From Candidatus Aminicenantes bacterium (lineage in GTDB: Bacteria; Acidobacteriota; Aminicenantia; Aminicenantales; UBA4085): a stretch of 64,000 nucleotides of DNA. Numbering within the stretch: position 1 is the stretch's first letter; each line of letters opens with the position of its first letter. The notes under the pieces were generated by a model. It was given only the letters and a program-made list of their open reading frames with translations. It searched no databases and had not been told where the DNA came from. This document shows, in pieces, positions 19,079-30,050 of this stretch. The DNA is taken from assembly GCA_963848835.1 (NCBI GenBank), contig CAWKFB010000007.1, positions 6,366-70,365 on the forward strand, in the 5' to 3' direction. A program made the translations under genes and the position numbers.

Positions 19079-22075
19079 ATGAACGAAAAACCCGTCCGGG
19101 AAGCTGATCAACTTCGGTTGGCCGATTTCCCCGAGCAAAATCCCAACCCCATTTTCCGGCTGAGTTTTCGCGGCGATCTGCTTTACGCCAACGCCTCGGC
19201 CAAAGCCTTTTTGGCCGACCTGAGCCAGGGAGGCGATGCGCCGGCGCCCGCGGTCCTCCGATCTTTAGCCGCTAAGGCGGAGGAGATTCCCGTCGTCGAA
19301 GGCGAGCTGGCCGATGCGAATAGACGGACCTATTGGTACACGGCCGTCCGTCCGGAGGGGGAGAACTACGTCAACTTCTATCTCCGGGATATCACCCTGA
19401 GGAAACGGGCCGTGGAAGCCCTGCGCGAAAGCGAAGCGCGTTTCCGTGCCCTGACCGAAGCGTCTCCGGCCCAGATCGCGGTCAGCCGCGTGACGGACGG
19501 CACGATCCTTTACGCGAATCGGGCCTATGAGAGGGCTTTTGGATTCGAGCCCGGCGGGGTCCTCGGGCGCACGGCGCCGGACCTCTATGTGGACCCCGCG
19601 GACCGCAACGCGATCATCGCCGAGCTGCAAAAGGACGGTGTTCTCCTCAATCGCGAGATCCGGGTCAAGCGCAAGGATGGACGGCCGTTCTGGATCCTCG
19701 CCTCGGGGGTTCCTATCGTTTTTGACGGGAAAGACGCCATCCTTGGGGCGTCGATCGACATTTCCGACCGCAAGCGCGCGGAGGAGGAGCGGGAAAAGAC
19801 CGCCGAGCAGCGCCAGCTGGCTCTCGACGCCGCCCAAATGGGCTGGTGGCACTACGACCCGATCACGAAGATCGTTTCATGGGACGACCGCTTCAGGGAG
19901 ATCTTCGGCGTCACGGGCCCCTCCCTCCGGATCGACGAGGTCTTCGCCCGGTCCATCCATCCTGAAGACGCCCCCCTTCTCTGGGCCAAAATCGAGGCGG
20001 CCCTGGACCCCCGCGATCCCCAGCCTTACGAAGCGGAGTACCGCATCATCCGGCCGGACCACGCCGTGTGCTGGATCGAAGCCCACGGCATCGCCTCCTT
20101 CGAGGGCGAAGGCGAGAACCGGCGGGCGACGAGTTTCGTCGGGACCGTCACGGACATCAACGAGATCAAGAGCGTCCAGGAAGCGCTGCGCCGGAGCCGC
20201 CAGGACCTGGACCATGCCGAAGAGGTCGCCCAGATCGGCTGGTGGCGGCTCGACACGCGGCGCAACGTCCTGACGTGGTCCGACGAGAATCATCGCATCT
20301 TCGGGATCCCGAAAGGCACCCCGCTCACCTATGAAGCTTTTCTGGAGGCCGTCCATCCCCAAGACCGGGCCTATGTCGATGAGCGATGGAATGCGGGAAT
20401 GCGCGGCGAACCTTATGATGTCGAACACCGCATCATCGCCGCCGGCCTGGTCAAATGGGTCCGCGAAAAAGCGTATCTGGAATTCGACGGTGCGGGCGGC
20501 TTGCTCGGAGGGTTCGGGATCACCCAGGACATCACCGAGCGCAAGCGGGCCGACGCCTTGCGGCAGGCCCTGGCCGAGCAGGAGAAGCTCCGCCTGGGCG
20601 CGGCGGTCGAGCAGGCTTCCGATGCCGTCGTCATGGTCGACCTCGACGGGACGATCCGCTACGTCAACGCCTCCTTCGAGACGATCAACCATGCCGGGCG
20701 GGATAAGATCATCGGCCGGCCGTATTTCGAGCTCCTCGCCGGCGATCCGGTCGCCGAGGCGATCCGGGACGCCATCGGCAAGGGAGAGAGGTGGCACGGC
20801 CACCTCACGCGATCCTTCGGCGGGGCGAAGCCCGTCGACCTCGAAGTGACGATCTCGCCGGCCAAGGATCCGGCGGGGACGGTGATCGGCGGGCTGGTCA
20901 CCGAGAAGGACGTGACGCTCGAGAACGCGCTGCAACGCCAGGTCCGTCAGGCTCAGAAGATGGAGGCGCTAGGGACCCTCGCCGGCGGGATCACCCACGA
21001 TTTCAACAACATCCTCGGCGCGATCATCATCAACACCGAGCTGGCCCTGCTCGACCTGGATCCCTCCCATCCCGCCCGGAAACCTCTCCCCACCATCCTC
21101 CAGGCCGCCACCCGCGGCAAGGAGCTCGTCAACCAGATCATCACCTTCAGCCGCCAGAGGACTTGGGAGCGGAAACCCCTCGAAATCGTCCCGGTCGTCA
21201 AGGACGGAGTCAAATTTCTTCATTCGACCCTGGCCAAGGAGATCACGATCCACGAGGCGCTCGAGCCGGGATGCGGGTTCGTCCTGGCCGATCCTTCCCA
21301 TATCCATCAGGTCCTGGTCAACCTGTGCCAGAACGCCGCCCTGGCCATGAGGGAGCGGGGCGGGGCCCTCGAGATCAAGCTCAGGCCGCTCGACGTGGAC
21401 GAGGCCCTGGCGGCCCGCCATCCCGACCTCAGCCCCGGCCCCTATGTCCATCTGACCGTCGCCGATTCCGGCTGCGGCATGACGAAAGACCTCCAGGAAA
21501 GGATCTTCGAGCCGTTCTTCACCACGCGGCGGACGGGCGAGGGGAGCGGCCTGGGGCTGGCGGTCGTCCACGGCATCATCAAGGGCTACCGCGGGGCGAT
21601 CACGGTCTACAGCGAGCCCGGCCGCGGCAGCGTCTTCAACGTCTATTTCCCCCGGCTCCCGGAAGGGACGCACGCCGAAAGCCCCGGCTCGTCGAGTCTG
21701 CCTTTGAAAGGGGAGGAGAGGATCCTCCTTGTCGAAGACGAAAAAGCCCAGCGCACGAGTCTGGCCGAGGGGCTGGAGCGGCTCGGCTATCGCGTGACCG
21801 CCCGATCCGAAGGGCGCACCGCCCTGGCCTCGTTCCGCAAGGATCCCGGCGCTTTCGACCTGGTCATCACCGATCAGATCATGCCCCGGATGTCGGGGCT
21901 CGAGCTGGCCGCGGAGCTGGTCAGGATCAACCCGGACATTCCGATCATCCTGTGCACGGGCTTCAGCGAGAAGATCAACGGGGGCATCGTCGGGAAGACG
22001 GGAATCCGGGAGCTTGTGATGAAGCCCTTCACCCTCAGGGAGATCACCCGCCTTATCCGCAAGATAATGGCCTAA
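19079..22075 (+). CDS. hybrid sensor histidine kinase / response regulator with multiple PAS domains
   Basis: About 4 PAS/PAC repeats, HisKA (ALGTLAGGITHDFNNILG), HATPase_c (GxGLGL), and a C-terminal receiver (LLVEDE..D..MP.MSG). An alternative ATG lies at 19001. A -10 TACAAT lies at about 18997. Confidence 0.85.
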   Translation: MNEKPVREADQLRLADFPEQNPNPIFRLSFRGDLLYANASAKAFLADLSQGGDAPAPAVLRSLAAKAEEIPVVEGELADANRRTYWYTAVRPEGENYVNFYLRDITLRKRAVEALRESEARFRALTEASPAQIAVSRVTDGTILYANRAYERAFGFEPGGVLGRTAPDLYVDPADRNAIIAELQKDGVLLNREIRVKRKDGRPFWILASGVPIVFDGKDAILGASIDISDRKRAEEEREKTAEQRQLALDAAQMGWWHYDPITKIVSWDDRFREIFGVTGPSLRIDEVFARSIHPEDAPLLWAKIEAALDPRDPQPYEAEYRIIRPDHAVCWIEAHGIASFEGEGENRRATSFVGTVTDINEIKSVQEALRRSRQDLDHAEEVAQIGWWRLDTRRNVLTWSDENHRIFGIPKGTPLTYEAFLEAVHPQDRAYVDERWNAGMRGEPYDVEHRIIAAGLVKWVREKAYLEFDGAGGLLGGFGITQDITERKRADALRQALAEQEKLRLGAAVEQASDAVVMVDLDGTIRYVNASFETINHAGRDKIIGRPYFELLAGDPVAEAIRDAIGKGERWHGHLTRSFGGAKPVDLEVTISPAKDPAGTVIGGLVTEKDVTLENALQRQVRQAQKMEALGTLAGGITHDFNNILGAIIINTELALLDLDPSHPARKPLPTILQAATRGKELVNQIITFSRQRTWERKPLEIVPVVKDGVKFLHSTLAKEITIHEALEPGCGFVLADPSHIHQVLVNLCQNAALAMRERGGALEIKLRPLDVDEALAARHPDLSPGPYVHLTVADSGCGMTKDLQERIFEPFFTTRRTGEGSGLGLAVVHGIIKGYRGAITVYSEPGRGSVFNVYFPRLPEGTHAESPGSSSLPLKGEERILLVEDEKAQRTSLAEGLERLGYRVTARSEGRTALASFRKDPGAFDLVITDQIMPRMSGLELAAELVRINPDIPIILCTGFSEKINGGIVGKTGIRELVMKPFTLREITRLIRKIMA

Positions 22076-22158
22076 GCCGGCCTCCCGCCTTTGTCGGTCT
22101 CCGCATTTTTTGCTTGACCGGCGGGGAAGGAAGTTTAAAATGGACGCGTAGCAGGCTC

Positions 22159-23250
22159 ATGATCAACCTCTGCCTGGGGATCGGGATCTGGCTCGGGATC
22201 GTCCGCGGCCTGGTCACCGGTCTTCCGGCCGCTCAAGTGAATCCTCTTCCCGAAACCGGCGCGTCGCTTGCCGCCGAAGCCGCGGCCGTGCCGGCGCCGT
22301 CCGCTCTCCTCGATCTTTCGGACGACGAGCTGTTCAGGATCGTCCAAACCGATCAGGCGTCGCTCGGTTCGATCTCGATCGGCGCCCCCGGCGGGGGGAT
22401 CCTTCTCAACCCGGTTCCGCTCGGGGCCGAGCCCGGCTTGAACATCGTCTCCGCGGAAGGCGCGTTCGGCACCGCGGAAACCATGGAATTCGTCCACGCC
22501 TCGGTCGCCGCCGTCGGCCGGCTCTTCCCCGGCACGCCCCCGATCAGCATCGGCGACATCAGCTTCGAGGCGGGAGGCCGGATGAAGCGGCACGTGACCC
22601 ATCAGTCCGGCCGGGACGTCGATTTCGGGCTGTATTACAAGAACGGGGCGCAAAGCGGATTCATCCCCGGCTCGGCGGCCAACCTGGACCTGCCCCGCAA
22701 TTGGGCCCTCGTCCGCTCCCTGCTCGCCTTCACCGACATCGAAACGATCCTTCTCGATGCCGGGATCCAGAGGCTTCTCTACGCGTACGCGCTCAAGATC
22801 GGCGAGGACAAGGACTGGCTCGACCAGGTCTTCCAGGTCGGCAAGGGCTCGGCCAAGGCCGTCGTCGTTCACGTCGCGGGCCACAGGACTCATTATCACG
22901 TCCGGTTTTTCAATCGCGTCGCCCAGGAGATGGGCCGCCGGGTCTATCCCCAATTGGTTAAGCTCGAGAGGATCAAACCGCCCGTCTACAGCGTCCCCCA
23001 TTACGTCCGGAACGGAGAGACCCTCGGCCACTTGGCGCGGCGCTACGGGACGAGCGTGAGGTCCATCCAGCAGTACAACGGCTTGGCGGGAACGATCATC
23101 CGGGCCGGGCGGACGCTCCGGATTCCGCTGCGCGGGGTCAGCGCGCCCGCCCTGGCGCGTCTCGTCGTTCCGGCCCGTCTTCTGCCGCCATCCACGCCGG
23201 AGATCCTGGCGGGGATCGACTGGCCCGTCGCTTCCTCCAACCAGCTTTAA
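22159..23250 (+). CDS. penicillin-insensitive murein endopeptidase (MepA-like, M74) with C-terminal LysM domain
   Basis: Signal/TM MINLCLGIGIWLGIV; the HVTHQSGRDVDFGLY and HVAGHRTHYHVRF motifs resemble MepA. LysM is YVRNGETLGHLARRYGTSVRSIQQYNGL. Confidence 0.7.
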   Translation: MINLCLGIGIWLGIVRGLVTGLPAAQVNPLPETGASLAAEAAAVPAPSALLDLSDDELFRIVQTDQASLGSISIGAPGGGILLNPVPLGAEPGLNIVSAEGAFGTAETMEFVHASVAAVGRLFPGTPPISIGDISFEAGGRMKRHVTHQSGRDVDFGLYYKNGAQSGFIPGSAANLDLPRNWALVRSLLAFTDIETILLDAGIQRLLYAYALKIGEDKDWLDQVFQVGKGSAKAVVVHVAGHRTHYHVRFFNRVAQEMGRRVYPQLVKLERIKPPVYSVPHYVRNGETLGHLARRYGTSVRSIQQYNGLAGTIIRAGRTLRIPLRGVSAPALARLVVPARLLPPSTPEILAGIDWPVASSNQL

Positions 23251-23290
23251 GGGGTTCCGGCTCTTCTCTTCTGTTCCGCTTTCCGCCGAT

Positions 23291-23488
23291 TCAAGCGCGC
23301 GGTGCGGCTTTTTTCCTGGCGGTGAAGATAACGAGTCCGATGCCGACGACAACGGCGATCCCCCCGTAGATCGCCCAGCGGCTCTGGCCGGTCATCGAGC
23401 TTCCCTGAATGACGTTGATCCCCTGGAAAAACCAGATCCCTCCCGCGACGATGAGAAGGATGCCGAAGATCATCAGGATGGATTTCAT
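23291..23488 (-). CDS. small membrane protein (2 TM), hypothetical
   Basis: Strong RBS GGAGGGAGGGG before ATG MKSILMIFGILLIVAGGIWFF.. Confidence 0.5.
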   Translation of the reverse strand: MKSILMIFGILLIVAGGIWFFQGINVIQGSSMTGQSRWAIYGGIAVVVGIGLVIFTARKKAAPRA

Positions 23489-23551
23489 GATCGCCCCTCC
23501 CTCCGAATTTATCCAAGAATCGTGCCAAAAGAGGATGAGATCCAAGGAGCC

Positions 23552-24079
23552 TTAATCGGCTCGTTCGCCGGGGGCGAACCGACGGACCTGATCGGCCAGG
23601 AACCGGGCGATCGCCCGCGTCTCGAAAGGCCAGGCGTAGATGATCTCAACGCCCGGATGTCTCACCCGGGCCCGGTCGACGGCATGGGCGATGTCGCGTT
23701 CGGCGTGTTCGCCGCCGCGGGTCAGCATTGCGGTCAGGACGAGGATGCGTTCCGCCCCGTCCCCGGCCGCCCGGTCCAGGGCCTCGTCGAGGTCCGGGGC
23801 GCAGAATTCGTTGAATCCCACGATCACGCGGAGGCCCGTCTCGTTTTCGAGCGCGCCGGCCAGCTCCAAGGAAGCGGCATGATAAGGGTCGGTCCGGGGC
23901 GTTCGCCGCCAGCGCTTGACCCTGTCTTCGAGCTCTCCATGGCGGCGGGCCATCGCCGGATCGTGAGGGGCGGGCGACGTTTCCATGCGCCCATGGAGCT
24001 CGAAGAACTCCCCTAGCTCCCGGCGGGGGAAATCGTTCGCCGGGGCGCCGTGCATGGCCAGGACGATGAGCGTCTTCAT
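23552..24079 (-). CDS. cbiX: sirohydrochlorin chelatase CbiX-like
   Basis: MKTLIVLAMHGAPAND..VGFNEFCAPDL..ERILVLTAMLTRGGEHAERDI, matching the CbiX small-chelatase pattern. Confidence 0.6.
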   Translation of the reverse strand: MKTLIVLAMHGAPANDFPRRELGEFFELHGRMETSPAPHDPAMARRHGELEDRVKRWRRTPRTDPYHAASLELAGALENETGLRVIVGFNEFCAPDLDEALDRAAGDGAERILVLTAMLTRGGEHAERDIAHAVDRARVRHPGVEIIYAWPFETRAIARFLADQVRRFAPGERAD

Positions 24080-24085
24080 TGAGGA

Positions 24086-25004
24086 TCAAACCATGCCGCG
24101 GCGATCTTGCGCCGGGGCGGATCGGCCTGATGGCTGAACGCGCCATATGAAGACCAGCAGGGTGAAGACGGCCAAGCCGATCCCGGAGAGCGGCACAGGC
24201 GGGAAGCGGTAGAGGACAATGGTGATGAGGGCGGACAAGCCGATCGCGGTCAGGAGCCGCCCCCGCCGGCGCCGGGCGAAGAGCATGACGATGATCAGGA
24301 GGCCGGACCCCCAGGATCGAGAAGAACCAGAGATAATCCGAAGTCGTGGGGATCACGGGCCGATCCGCCGGGGTTTTCGCTTCGGCCATCTCCTTGATCC
24401 CCAGCATCATCCGCCGCTGCATCAGGAAGTGGATCGGATCGAGAGTGAGGGACAGGGCGAAGCGGAGGAGAGGCCGGCTCTCGACCCGGCTGCGGATGAG
24501 GAGCCGACAGCTTCGGCCGTCGGCCGCGGGTTCGAGCACGAAAGCGCCCCAGTATGTCAGCACCAGGGCCCGGCCCGGATCGACCCGAAGAACCTTGAGC
24601 TGGATCATGCCCTCTTCCCGGGCCAGCCTGATGGTGTCGCCGGGCTTCAGCTCCTGCCATTCCGGCCTGATCTCGTTCGTGTTGCGGATCGCTCCGGCGT
24701 CGAGGACATTTTCCAGGAACGTGTAGCTGTAGAATCCTCCCCGGCCCTGGCCGATCTGGACCAGCCATTTCCAGGCTTCGTCCGCCGGGGCGTTGATCGT
24801 CAATCCGAAGGTATGCTGCGGGACCGACGCCTCTCCGAACTCGTCGCCGGGGAGGGGTGCCATCTGTTCGCTCTCGGTCGCCCCCCAGCTGTAGGCCCAG
24901 GAATAGATGAAGACCCGCCAGACGACGGCGGTGATCACGATCAGAAGGAGCAGCCAGCCGATTCCGCCCAGAATCCTTCGCCATGCGGTTTTTTTATCCG
25001 GCAT
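24086..25004 (-). CDS. membrane-anchored SRPBCC-like (polyketide cyclase/dehydrase fold) protein, frameshift near 24300 (C5 run)
   Basis: N-terminal TM (ILGGIGWLLLLIVITAVVW), then a soluble domain TFGLTINAPADEAWKWLVQIGQGRGGFYSY.. The C-terminal TM segment continues in ORF 24086..24286. Confidence 0.45.
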
Positions 25005-25167
25005 CCGGCGCCTCCCTGTGCGATCCATTATAACAAGAAACCCGGATCTTCCATTTCCCGTTCTCGATGCCCGCCCGCGGCCGGCTTATCTATTGTCCCG
25101 GAAAGGCAATTTCCTTCAATAGAGGAAAATGCAGGCCAAGACGAAAGCCGTCTGTTTTCCAAGGAAA

Positions 25168-25405
25168 CTTGACAGACACTACTGGGTTTTTCCTGATTTT
25201 TGCGGGTTGCGTCGCCGGCTGGTTCAAGGAACTTATCGGTGCGATTTTGATCCTGGCCGGGACCGCGGCCGTTGGCGTGATGGCCGCCCGGGAACCTCGG
25301 GCTTTGTGGATGCTCACCTTACCGGCCGCCGTGGGTCTGCTGTTCCTGTATGCCTATCTGATACGCGGGAAAAAACGCGCTTCCGCCGATCGTGTTTCGC
25401 GTTGA
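25168..25405 (+). CDS. small 2-TM membrane protein, hypothetical
   Basis: FFLIFAGCVAGWF..ILILAGTAAVGVMAA..LTLPAAVGLLFLYAYLI. The likely TTG start lies after AAGGAAAC; sequence upstream of about 25168 is AT-rich and looks non-coding. Confidence 0.4.
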
Positions 25406-25457
25406 CCGGCATCTGCCTGGGTGATAACATCCGGGCATCGGCAAGAGCGAGTTGGTC

Positions 25458-27962
25458 ATGAAATGCCCGAAATGCCAGTATGACAACCCCGACGCGACGA
25501 ACTTTTGCGGGAAGTGCGGGGGGCCGCTCAAGGCAGATACCGGGATAGCCGATTCCCTGACGAAAACCTTAGCGGTACCTCCTCCGGTCATAGCGAAGGA
25601 CAAGCTCATTGCCGGGAAGTACCGCATCATCGAGGAGATCGGCCGGGGTGGGATGGGGATCGTCTATAAGGCCGAGGACCTCAGGCTCAAGCGCTGCGTC
25701 GCCCTCAAGTTCCTGCCGCCGCAATTGATGGATTCGCCGGAGCTCAAAGAGAGATTCCTCATCGAGGCCCAGGCGGCCGCGGCGCTGTCCCATCCGAACA
25801 TCTGCGTTATCCACGAGGTCGGGGAAAGCGAGGAGCGCCCGTACATCGCCATGGAGTATGTGGACGGGGCGACGCTGCGGGACAGGATCAAGAAGGGACT
25901 GCTCAAGCCGGATGAGGCTCTGGACATTGCCCGGCAGGTCGCCTCGGGGCTGGACGAGGCCCACGGCAAGGGCATCATCCACCGGGACATCAAGAGCGCG
26001 AACATCATGGTCACCGAGAAGGGCCAGGCCAAACTCATGGATTTCGGGCTGGCCAAGCTCCGGGGCGGAAGCTCGCTCACCCGGAGCCAGACGACTTTGG
26101 GCACGGTGGCGTACATGTCGCCGGAGCAGGCCAAGGGAGGCGATCTCGACCAACGGACGGACATCTGGTCGCTGGGCGTTGTCCTTTATGAGATGCTCGC
26201 CGGCAAGCTGCCCTTCCCCGGGGACCACGACCAGACCGTGATCTACTCCATCCTTCATCGCGAACCGGAGCCTTTACTGAAGGCCAGTCCCGGCACGGCC
26301 CCCGAGCTGGCGCAGATCGTCGGCCTGGCCATGGCCAAGAAACCGGCCGACCGCTACCAGACCATGGAAGAGCTTCGGGAGGATCTTTCCGCCGTCGCCG
26401 AAGGATTCAGGCCGGTCAGAGCGAAACGCCGGCCATCCGGACCGAGGATTTTCGGGCTGAAGATCGCGTATCTCCTCCCCGCCGTCCTCGTCGTCGCGCT
26501 GGGGCTCGGGATCGGTATCAATGTCGGCGGCGTCCGGGACCGGCTTCTCGGACGGAACGCCGCCCCGGCCCGCGCCGTCAAGCTGGCGGTCCTGCCGTTC
26601 GTCAATCTCACGGGCGATCCCGAACAGGAGTATCTTTCCGAAGGCCTCACCCAGGAGATGATTACCCAGCTCGGAAGCCTCCACCCGGAGACCCTCAGTG
26701 TCATCGCCCGTTCCTCGGTCATGCGCTACAAGAAGGGCGATACGCCGATCGACCGGATCGGCCAGGAGCTCGGTGTGAACTATGTCCTGGAGGGCAGCAC
26801 ACGGCGCGAGAAGAACCGCGTCCGCATCACGGCCGAACTCATCCAGGTGCGGGACCAGACGCAGCTCTGGGCCGACAGCTACGAGCGCGAGCTCTCGGGC
26901 ATCTTGGCGGTGCAGAGCGAGGTGGCGCAGAGCGTGGCCAAGGCGCTGGCGCTCAAGCTGCTGCCGGCCGAACAGGCGCGCCTGGCTTCCACCCGCACCG
27001 TCAACCCGGAGGCCTACGATGCCTACCTCAGGGCCTTCCAACACTGGACGCAGCTGACGCCACGGGGAATCGACATCGCCGAAAAGTACGTCGATCTGGC
27101 CCTCGAGAAGGACCCCTCCTACTGCACCGGCCTACGTCGGTCGCGCCTGGGTCTGGGCCGGCCGGAACCAGATGGGCCTCGCGTCGCCCAAGGAGGCGGG
27201 ACCGAAGGCCATCGCCGCCGCGCTGCGGGCCATCGAACTGGACGAGAATTCCGCCGTCGCTCACGAAATCCTGGCTTCGATAAGGACATGGATCGATTGG
27301 GACTGGGCCGGCGCCGAGCCGGAGTGGCGGCGGGCCCTCGAGCTCAACCCCAACGCGGCGCAAACTCACGCCCTCTACTCGCACTTCCTGGCGAACATGG
27401 GGCGCCTCGACGAGGCCGTATCGAACATCAAGCTGGCGCTCGAGTTGGACCCGTTCAACGTGTTGTTTCATAGCTTCTACGCCTCGGTCCTGATGTATTG
27501 CCGGCGCTACGACGATGCCCTTGCCGCGGCCCGTGCGGCGCTCGCCATGCAACCCGACGCGCCGGTCGCTCTCACCAACCTGGAAGAGGCTCTCTTCGCG
27601 AAGGGGATGCGGGACGAGCTGCTCGCTGTGGAAAGGGAGAGGGCCGCCGGCGATCCTGAGCGCGCCGCGGCGTTGAGCGAGGTCTTGCGGAGGCCGGATA
27701 CGAGGGAGTGCAACGGCGTCTTGGGGATTTTATGGCGGCCCGGTACGAACAATCCGGCAGGGTTGGGGGTGTGGACATCGCGATCAAGTACATGTTTGCC
27801 GGCGATAAGGTTCGGGCCGTCGATTGGCTCGAGAAGGCCTATGAGGATCGCGACCCCAACCTGCCTTACCTCGGCAAGCCCGTCTGGGACTCCGTCCGCT
27901 ATGACCCGCGCTTCCAGAACCTTTGGCGCCGGATAAACCTTCCGGCGGGCGATAAAAAATAG
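25458..27962 (+). CDS. membrane Ser/Thr protein kinase with N-terminal zinc ribbon and C-terminal TPR domain, 2 frameshifts (~27130, ~27700)
   Basis: CPKCQYDNPDATNFCGKCG; kinase subdomains (GRGGMGIVYKA, HRDIKSANIM, DFGLAK, SPEQ); TM helix IAYLLPAVLVVALGLGIGI; extracytoplasmic region with TPR-like repeats continuing in ORFs 27172.. and 27708.. Confidence 0.8.
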
Positions 27963-28184
27963 CGGGATCAGTTCTTAGTTATCCCCCTTGAAATTCAGCG
28001 GGGGGCAAAAGGACGGCGGGAGAAGGCGCCGCCTTAGGCGGGCGAAGAGCCGAAGACGCCTCCACACCTCTCCCGCGACGTTGAAGATTGCCCAGGACGT
28101 CCCCGGATTTTCTTATTGATTTCTAACCCCCGGCCCCCTTGCGACAAACAAGGGGGAATTGTCGACGTCCTGGGAGATGTGGGA

Positions 28185-28256
28185 TGGGCGATACTGGATT
28201 TGAACCAGTGACTCCTACCGTGTGAAGGTAGTACTCTGCCGCTGAGTTAATCGCCC
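28185..28256 (-). tRNA. tRNA-Val (anticodon CAC)
   Basis: Reverse complement GGGCGATTAACTCAGCGGCAGAGTACTACCTTCACACGGTAGGAGTCACTGGTTCAAATCCAGTATCGCCCA: 7 bp acceptor stem, anticodon stem CTACC/GGTAG, loop TTCACAC, T loop TTCAAAT; CCA not encoded. Confidence 0.75.
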
Positions 28257-28355
28257 AGCCGGCGTTAAAATAGCATTTTTCCCCGGGCGACACAATATCG
28301 CTTCCTGCCCCCTAAAGCGTTGACTTTGCCCTTGTTTCCCCCTATAAATAAGGTA

Positions 28356-30038
28356 ATGGCCATCCGCCGCTGCCCTTATTGCAAAGCGATCATCGACGAA
28401 TCCCAGAAGTACTGCAACAATTGCGGGACCCAGCTTCTTTTTCCCCAGGATGAGGAGATCGAAGAAGACATCAAGGGAGAAAAGATCCGGGACGATGATT
28501 TCCGGGACGCCGAGCCTTCGGACGAAGAGCCCGACAAGAAGGAAATCGACCTCGAGCAGCTGCTCGCTGGCGACGGGCCCTTTCCCGACGAAGCCGGAGA
28601 GCTCGGAACGGACGAGTTGGAAGCGTCCTCCGAGCCGATCATCATCCCCGCTCCCAAGCCCCGCGCGGCGGCGAAGCCGAAGCCGGCCAAAAAGCCCGCC
28701 ACCCGCCCCGCGCCCGCGCCGAAGCCCGGACCCGAGCCCGAGCCGAATCCCGTCATCCCGGTCGCCGCGAAACGGAAAGAGCCTCCGGCCGAAGCGGAGG
28801 AAATTAAGGCCGAGAGGGAAAACGAACGCAGCCGTTCGAGCGTATTCGAAGATGCCGACGAGGCCGCTCCCGAAGAAGCGCGCCCGGACCTCGAAGAGGC
28901 GGAGGCCGGGCCCGAGCCCGCTCCCGCCCGCCGCGGCGGCCGGATCCGAAGACGACCAGGACGCTCGGGACGAGCCCCGGGAATCCGTTCCGCAAAATAT
29001 GGATGAGCCGGGATCCGGGAGCGGGCGCGAACGCGACGACGACGACGAAGACCTCGTCGGCGATAAGATCGAAGACGAAGATGAGCTCCTTGGGGACGAA
29101 GAAGGCTGAAGAGAGCCGAGGAAACCGAGGAAACTGAGTCGAGGAAGCCGAAGACCGAAGACGCCGAGGAAGAGGATCTGGGAGACGCCGCTCCGGCGGG
29201 TCGACCGGAGGCTTTCGAGCTCGACAGACAGAGGACGCGGCTGCGGATGAGCGTCGTGAAGAAGCGGAAGCCGCCGTAGTATCGCGAAGCCGCGGAAGAA
29301 GCGGAAGAAGCGGAAGAAAGCGATGAAGATCGCGACGAGGCCGAAACGCGGGCGGAGATCGCCCGGCTGATCGAGGCGCTCGAGAAGAAGCACAAAAAGA
29401 TCCCGCTCTCCCGGGAGGAAAAAAAGATCATCGCCCCCCTGGAGGAAACGAGCGGCCTCCCCGCCTGGCCCAGTCATCGAAGATCACCGGGGACGTCGAG
29501 ACGGAAGGCGATGAAGAGATCGGGAAGCCGGGCGGAGCCGGAAGCTTCGCTCCGGGCGACACCATGGACTTCGAGGAGGAGGTCATGCGCGATGCCGGGC
29601 GGCACGACTCGAAGCCGACGATCGGCATCCCTGAAACCCTGTCCAAGATCGAAATCCCCGGGCGGAAAGAGTCCGATACGGAAGAGATGGAAGAGAAGAG
29701 CGCGGAGGAGCCGGAACGGAAGATCGGAGTCTCGGAGCACGGGCGAAGCCGGCGAGGACGAGACCGAGCCGGTCCCCAGCTTCGTTTTCCGAAGGTCACT
29801 CGGTTTCTTCGGCTTCCTTCAGGCGGCGGTCTATGACGTGTTCTTCGTCGCCCTTATCTGGTTCGCCGGCGTCTGGCTGGCGTCGCGGATCCTGGCCCTT
29901 CCGGTCTTCCGCTTCCTGACCCGGGCGGCGGTCCCGCTCGGGTTGTTCTTCGGCGTGCTCCTCCTCGGGTATCTGTTCCTCTTCCTCTTTTTCCTCGGCG
30001 AAACGCTCGGCCGCCGCCTCATCGCCTCGAAAGATTGA
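28356..30038 (+). CDS. zinc-ribbon protein with long acidic/lysine- and proline-rich low-complexity region and C-terminal 3-TM domain, multiple frameshifts
   Basis: MAIRRCPYCKAIIDESQKYCNNCG; ~450 aa of E/D/K/P-rich sequence over 3 frames, including a gcggaagaa x3 tandem at 29290-29316; C-terminus FFGFLQAAVYDVFFVALIWFAGVWLASRILALPVF..LGLFFGVLLLGYLFLFLFFL. Confidence 0.5.
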
Positions 30039-30050
30039 CGCGACGCGGCC

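Noticed and set aside
20791-23250. 819 aa ORF on the plus strand
   Set aside because: Its first ~450 codons are an alternative frame inside the hybrid histidine kinase gene (Arg/Pro/Gly-rich GC-frame artefact). Only the part from the ATG at 22159 is a credible gene (MepA-LysM).
28215-29477. 420 aa and 351 aa minus-strand ORFs rich in Ser/Arg/Gly
   Set aside because: Antisense to the acidic low-complexity zinc-ribbon gene. They mirror its GAA/GAG repeats as TTC/CTC (Ser/Phe/Leu-rich) and lack any start context.
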